From Cenarchaeum sp. (GTDB lineage Archaea > Thermoproteota > Nitrososphaeria > Nitrososphaerales > Nitrosopumilaceae): DNA of 64,000 nucleotides. Under the pieces are notes generated by a model. The model was given only the letters and a program-made list of their open reading frames with translations. It was not told the origin of the DNA and ran no database searches. Where the stretch lies: the NCBI GenBank assembly GCA_965242695.1, contig CBDESU010000002.1, positions 160,001 to 224,000 on the forward strand, in the 5' to 3' direction. A program made the translations under genes and the position numbers. Within the stretch, counting starts at the first letter, position 1; every line of letters begins with the position of its first letter. Positions 59,088-64,000 of this stretch are shown in pieces.

Positions 59088-60230
59088 TCACCCGGACTGC
59101 TGCCGCCTCCCCGCGACCGACCGCACTATCCGGGCCGTCCTTTTGATATCCTCCTCGCCGACGCCCGGGTGCACCGGCAGCGAGAGCACCGTACGGGCCG
59201 CGCGGTACGTCGCCGCCAGCGGCCGCGCGGGCCGCCGCGTGGCCGTGTCGTAGAACGGCATGCGGTGCACGGGCACCGGATAGTACGCCGTCGCGCCGAT
59301 TCCGGCCGCGTTGAGCCTGCGGGCCAGCTCGTCGCGGATGCGGCCGCTCGCGGCCGAGACCGTGTACAGGTACCAGTTGACATCCTCGCCGGCGCGCGGC
59401 GAGGGCAGCCGCACGTTGGCGCCGGCGAGCAGCCCCGAGAGCATCTCGGCGTTGCGGCGGCGCGCCTTCAGGAACCGCGGCAGCTTTGCAAGCTGCGCCC
59501 TCCCCACGGCGGCGGCCACCTCGGGCATGCGCAGGTTCAGCCCTGGCATGCGCGCGTCGTGGCCGCGCAGCATCCCGTGGTTGCGCGCCATCCGCATGCG
59601 GTCGCGCAGGCGCGGCCTGTCCGTGGCCGCAAAGCCGCCCTCGCCCCCCGCCGTCATCACCTTTGCCGGGTACAGGCTGAAGCAGCCCGCATCGCCGAGC
59701 GTGCCCGCATGCCTCCCGTCGAGCCTCGAGCCTAGCGCCTGCGCGGCATCCTCTATGACGCGCGCGCCCCTCCTCCTTGCCGCCTCTCCAATCTCGTCCA
59801 TCCTGGCCACATGGCCGTACAGGTGCACCGGTATTACGGCCCTCGTCCTCGGCGTCATCCGCGCCTCCAGGTCCGACGGGTCCATCGTGTAAGAGTCCTC
59901 GTCAATGTCGACGAACACGGGCCTGGCGCCGACCGAGACGACCGCGTTGGCAGTCGCCACGAACGTAAACGAGGGGACCAAGACGTCGTCGCCGCGGCCC
60001 ACCCCGAGGGCCAAGAGGGCGGCCTGGAGGGCGGCGGTTCCCGAGTTTACCGCTACCGCGTACGAGGCGCCCGTGTACGAGGCGGCCTCGGACTCGAAGC
60101 CGCGCACCTGCTCGCCGCCCTCGTGCGATGCGGACGTGAGGGCGCCGGACCGCAGGACGGCCGCGGCCGCCGCTGCCTCCTCGCGGCCGGTCAGCGGGGC
60201 GTTCGGCGGGACGCGCTGCACGAGCCGCAC
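59088..60230 (-). CDS. DegT/DnrJ/EryC1/StrS PLP-dependent sugar aminotransferase
   Basis: VNSGTAAL, PSFTFVAT, PVHLYG, IEDAAQA, FSLYPAK and LSLPVHP motifs. Confidence 0.95.
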   Translation of the reverse strand: MRLVQRVPPNAPLTGREEAAAAAAVLRSGALTSASHEGGEQVRGFESEAASYTGASYAVAVNSGTAALQAALLALGVGRGDDVLVPSFTFVATANAVVSVGARPVFVDIDEDSYTMDPSDLEARMTPRTRAVIPVHLYGHVARMDEIGEAARRRGARVIEDAAQALGSRLDGRHAGTLGDAGCFSLYPAKVMTAGGEGGFAATDRPRLRDRMRMARNHGMLRGHDARMPGLNLRMPEVAAAVGRAQLAKLPRFLKARRRNAEMLSGLLAGANVRLPSPRAGEDVNWYLYTVSAASGRIRDELARRLNAAGIGATAYYPVPVHRMPFYDTATRRPARPLAATYRAARTVLSLPVHPGVGEEDIKRTARIVRSVAGRRQQSG

Positions 60231-60609
60231 CGCGGGGCGGCGGTAATAAACCGCGGCGGGATGGCCGCCGCCCGGGCGCGGAGGGGGCTGGAGGAGGAGG
60301 CGATCCCCGGGCGGTGCTGTACGGGCGCCGCCAGCGGGCGGGCCGAGGGATGGGGCGGCTGGCGGTCACGGGCCCGGGCGCCCAGGCACAATGCATCTGC
60401 CGGCTTGCGGAGTAGTGCGGCGGTTCAAGGCGCCCGCCTTCAAGCGGCCTCGCCCCGATCCCATCCCTTGCAAGCGTCTCGCAGTCTGCCAGGGCGTCGC
60501 GGCGGCCGGGTTCGCAAGCCCGCATCCCCGGCTTCCGAGGCGCGCCGCGCGCGCGATCCGCCCCTGCGCGGCAGCCGCGCCGCGCGCCATCCGGCAAGCC
60601 CCCTTCCCG

Positions 60610-61676
60610 TCACCACTCGTACTCGCCGATCTCGCCCTCGCAGAACGCCGACGCCAGGAACCCCGTGAGCCGCAGCAGCGACGCCTTGGTCGTCCTTACC
60701 TGCGGTATTATGGCCAGCGCATCGCCGCCGACGGACCTAAGGGCGATCGTAGAGTTGTCCAGCCTGTCCACCACGGACACGTAGAGGTGCGAGCCGCCGG
60801 CATGCACGACCACATAGTTGCAGCGCGGATAGCCGGCGATCAGCTCGCAGAACCTCCTCATGTCGCCGCCGCCGGCGAACACGGCCCTCCTGTACCTGAC
60901 CAGCAGGGGCCTCGGCTCCCTGTCGGGCCGCTCGCCCCGGCTGCGGCGCGAAAAGAGGGCGAGCCGCGCCATTCCGCGGTCCAGGATCGGCCGCAGTATG
61001 CCGTCGTAGACGCCCCCGATGCCTCCGCGGTGGACGGCCACCCGGCCCCTGCGGGAGACCGTGACGTCCAGGCCGCCGTCCCCGTCCGCAAACGCCCGCA
61101 GGCTGTCGATCACCAGGCCCCGCCTCTCGGCGTCCGCATAGGCGCTCCCGACCGTCCCATACCTGCGGCTCTTGGCGGCCCCGTCCCATCCAGGACGGTC
61201 CTGGGCATGGCGCCGGCGGTCCTCTTCTTCACCGACCTTTTGTGCCTCAGGGACACGCCTGCGCTCTCCTCAAGCCCCTCAAGGATGCCACGGATCGCCG
61301 CAGACTCGGTAAACGGCGCCATCACCCCCGGCTGCAGCCTCCTGACGGCGCGCAGCGCTATGTCAAAGAGCCTGCCCCCCTCGCCGAACAGGAGCACGCG
61401 GCCGCCCTGCTGCAGCGAGTGGAGCGTCCCGCTAGCGCCGTCGCGAGCCACTGAATACCCGCAGTGCACGAACGGGCCGCGCAGATCCCTAGAGATCATC
61501 TCCACCCTGGCGGCGGCCCCGCCCTCCGCGGCGACCGCGCTCGAAAAGTCCCCGTCCGACAAGAGGCACTGCGCCTTTAGCGGCCCGCGGCCCCCCCTGC
61601 AGGAATCGACCGCCGCGGCAACGTCCGGCGGCATGCGCGGGGAAGGGCTCACGGGGCCTGCGCCCGGGCCGCCCAT
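60610..61676 (-). pseudogene. Fourth, highly diverged and split copy of family 'A'
   Basis: Two overlapping ORFs (61110-61676 and 60610-61113) with APFTESAAIRGILEGLEESAGVSL, LFSRRSR, PLLV, VSVVDRLDNS and IIPQVRTTKASLLRL...FCEGEIGEYE, colinear with the A copies. Confidence 0.75.
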
Positions 61677-62502
61677 CTAAACCCTGCCGCCTGCCCTCTC
61701 CGCAGGGCCCTAGACTGCCGCGGCCTCATCCTCCCGAGGCCGGGGCGCGGGGAGGCGGGGAGGCGGGGCGCGGCGGCCGGCATGGCGGCGGAGGATACCC
61801 CCGAGCGCGCCCGCGCGCGCATCTAGGGATGCCGACGAGCCGGCCGAGTGCGGGAGGAGCAGCCACAGATCAAGGGGACGGCGGCGGGCTCGCCCGGAGG
61901 CGATCACGCCGGGGCATGCGACCGGCTTCCGCAACGGGCCGCACCGCTGCCCGCCTGGCCCGAATGGGCGCCGGCATCGCACGCCTGCGCTGCCGGGGCG
62001 GCGAGGCCCTGCGGCTGGCGGCGGACTGCACCAAGTGGCGGCGTACACGGGCGGCGTCCGCACGGCAGCGGCCAAGGCCGTCTAGCTTGCCACCGACTGT
62101 GCACTGCGGCATGAGGCTCGGGTGCGAATCCGCCCATGTGCCACGCTAGACAGGGGGCCGGCCACATGACCGCCCCCCTCCACACCGAACAGGCGCCCCG
62201 CGGCAGGGGCGGGCCATTCCGGCGCGAGTAGGGAAGCGGGACGGCCGGCAGGCGCGCGCCCATGCCGCGCCCCCGCGCCAGATCGCGGGCGGGCAGGTGG
62301 GCGGGGCAGCCTCTGGGCTGCGCGTGGCGCCCGTACGCCAGCTCAAAGATCGCAAGCGTTATAACAGACCCTTGTGCCTCCTCGGCCAATGAGCGCAGGG
62401 AGGACGGGGGCTTCAGGGCGGGCCGGCCACACGCGATGTTGGCGGGCCCTATGCATGCGACCTATAGCCCATCGAGCGGACAGCTAGCATGCCATGTGCG
62501 AC

Positions 62503-62976
62503 ATGGATCGTTACGAGCTTGCGGTCATCCTCAAGGATGTCGGCAACTTTAGCATGGACGACTTTGCGGGGCGGCTCACGCTGCAAAAGACGGTCCGCCT
62601 CCTCCAGGCGTTCGGCGTGGACCTGGGGTACCGATTTGGGTGGTACCTGCACGGGCCGTACTGCAAGGCGCTGTTCAGGGACGGCCAGGGGGCGCGCCGG
62701 GTCTTTGACACGCTGCCCGAGGTCAACGTGTCCTTTGACGAGGAAGAGACGCAGAGGCGCTATGAGCAGTTCAAGGAGTTCATGGAGGACAAGAAGCACG
62801 ATCCTGCCCTGCTCGAGATCGGCGCGTCAATCTGCCACCTTGCGGCCAGGGGGTTCGACAAGGACGTCGTGCTCGGGGCCGTCGAAGACAAAAAGCCCGA
62901 ATTTAGCCGAGGCCAGTGCGTGTCCATGTGGGACGAGCTCGAAAGGTACGGGGTGGTATGCGATGGAGCCGCATAG
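62503..62976 (+). CDS. SocA/YwgA-like protein (paralogue of 58241-58720)
   Basis: FSMDDFAGRLTLQKTVRLLQAFGVDLGYRFGWYLHGPYC and LEIGASI motifs. Confidence 0.72.
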   Translation: MDRYELAVILKDVGNFSMDDFAGRLTLQKTVRLLQAFGVDLGYRFGWYLHGPYCKALFRDGQGARRVFDTLPEVNVSFDEEETQRRYEQFKEFMEDKKHDPALLEIGASICHLAARGFDKDVVLGAVEDKKPEFSRGQCVSMWDELERYGVVCDGAA

Positions 62977-63496
62977 CGGAGTGGCGCTTCGAAGGATCGA
63001 GGATGACGACCTGGCTAGGTACATGCGCCTAGCCGGATCGAGGGGCGTCGTCGATGCGGCGCGGGTGGTTCATGATGACAACTGCTTCATTCTGCGCAAC
63101 GGGGACGGGCTGGTCGAGCACTTGGAGAAGCTTTCCCGCGCGGGCTCCAGCCGTTGCACCGTGCACGTGTCGATGTCATGCGAGGCGTCTGGCGGCGAGG
63201 GGGCGAAGCCTCCCCAGGCCGGCGGGTACAAGGTCATGTTTGTGCGGAGCCGCAAGGAAGGCGGCGAGGAGGCGAGGGGCGCAAGGCTGGCCAGCGAGAC
63301 AAGGGAGGGGCTGGCAAGGGCGCGTCCCGGGCGCCCGCTCCGAATGCTGAACCTCGGCCTCGGCGTAACCATCTTTGCCACCATGTCCGCCACATCCCTA
63401 GTGGCCATCTCCCCGCCGCTCAGCTACGTCTTTGCACTCGGCGCGCTGGCGCCTGCGGGCATCATGCTGGCCCGGGCGGCAAGGGGACATGTCTGA
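62963..63496 (+). CDS. Hypothetical protein with two C-terminal TM helices
   Basis: Overlaps the upstream gene; MEPHSGVALRR... ends in LGLGVTIFATM...YVFALGALAPAGIML. Confidence 0.6.
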   Translation: MEPHSGVALRRIEDDDLARYMRLAGSRGVVDAARVVHDDNCFILRNGDGLVEHLEKLSRAGSSRCTVHVSMSCEASGGEGAKPPQAGGYKVMFVRSRKEGGEEARGARLASETREGLARARPGRPLRMLNLGLGVTIFATMSATSLVAISPPLSYVFALGALAPAGIMLARAARGHV

Positions 63497-63761
63497 CCTG
63501 TGGGCGATCGGAAAAAACCCATGCGCTCTTTGCCGCGGCGTGGTGGCAATTGTGGCGCTGTCAGGATTTTCGATATTCAGCGATCATGGAGTGGCCAACT
63601 CGGATTTCTTCGGGCTGAGGCATTACGCGGGCGTCCACATCCCTCCCGCCGTGGACTCGTTCCTGACATTCCTGCTGGTAGCGGCCATATGGATCCTGTG
63701 CGAGCGGGTCATAGTCGCATACTTCATATGCAGGAAGCCCGCAAGGGGCGATGAGCCATAG
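63489..63761 (+). CDS. Small two-TM membrane protein
   Basis: ATG overlaps the previous stop; CALC motif and two hydrophobic segments. Confidence 0.55.
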   Translation: MSDLWAIGKNPCALCRGVVAIVALSGFSIFSDHGVANSDFFGLRHYAGVHIPPAVDSFLTFLLVAAIWILCERVIVAYFICRKPARGDEP

Positions 63762-63804
63762 CATCCAAACACATCTAGATGGGCCGGACGGCACCTAGCA
63801 TCGC

Positions 63805-63965
63805 CCCGCCCGCAGACGATCGGCCGCCGGCCGCCGGCGTATGCCGTGCTTCTTGATCTTTTCGATGAGATCATCCCGCCCGCAGACGATCGGCCGCCGG
63901 CGATTCCGCGGGCCGCCCGCCGTCCTGCATCGAGCCCGCCGCGCCCGCAGACGATCGGCCGCCGG
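63805..63965. repeat. Three copies of a ~25-27-bp repeat separated by unrelated ~40-43-bp stretches
   Basis: (CC)CGCCCGCAGACGATCGGCCGCCGG at 63805, 63875 and ~63942. Confidence 0.75.
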
Positions 63966-64000
63966 GCCGCCCTGCCTCCGCCTCTCCGAGGCCGGTCAAG

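Overview
A very GC-rich archaeal window. The archaeal markers (aIF2-alpha, Nop10, Sm, RPA, Lhr, RadB-like), DnaK/GrpE, bacterial-type MetK and anaerobic cobalamin genes point to a Nitrosopumilaceae/Cenarchaeum-like thaumarchaeote, possibly host-associated (inference). Intact housekeeping blocks are dnaK-grpE, tRNA-Gln, an ABC-2 transporter, RPA/Lhr, Sm-metK, cbiD-G-X-C and cobO, aIF2a-nop10-aglH, and sugar-nucleotide enzymes. They alternate with accessory islands (~16.7-26.4, 30.4-32.5, 36.4-39.8, 42.5-47.0, 48.1-59.0 and 60.6-64 kb) rich in defence/toxin-antitoxin-like genes, IS66 and IS630 elements, and pseudogenes. Main finding: an unnamed two-gene module, a ~377-aa protein 'A' overlapped by a PD-(D/E)xK nuclease 'B'. 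It occurs three times, plus a fourth split A, at different stages of GC amelioration and decay, and B is always the partner that is lost. Other highlights are an orphan HK97-like capsid gene facing a Zn-ribbon-AbiV gene, a HEPN RNase fused to a mosaic TPR array between duplicated antitoxin-like genes, three SocA/YwgA-like paralogues with different partners, and an IS630 whose exact insertion into an HD phosphohydrolase gene can be reconstructed. All family calls come from motif recognition by eye; no searches were run.
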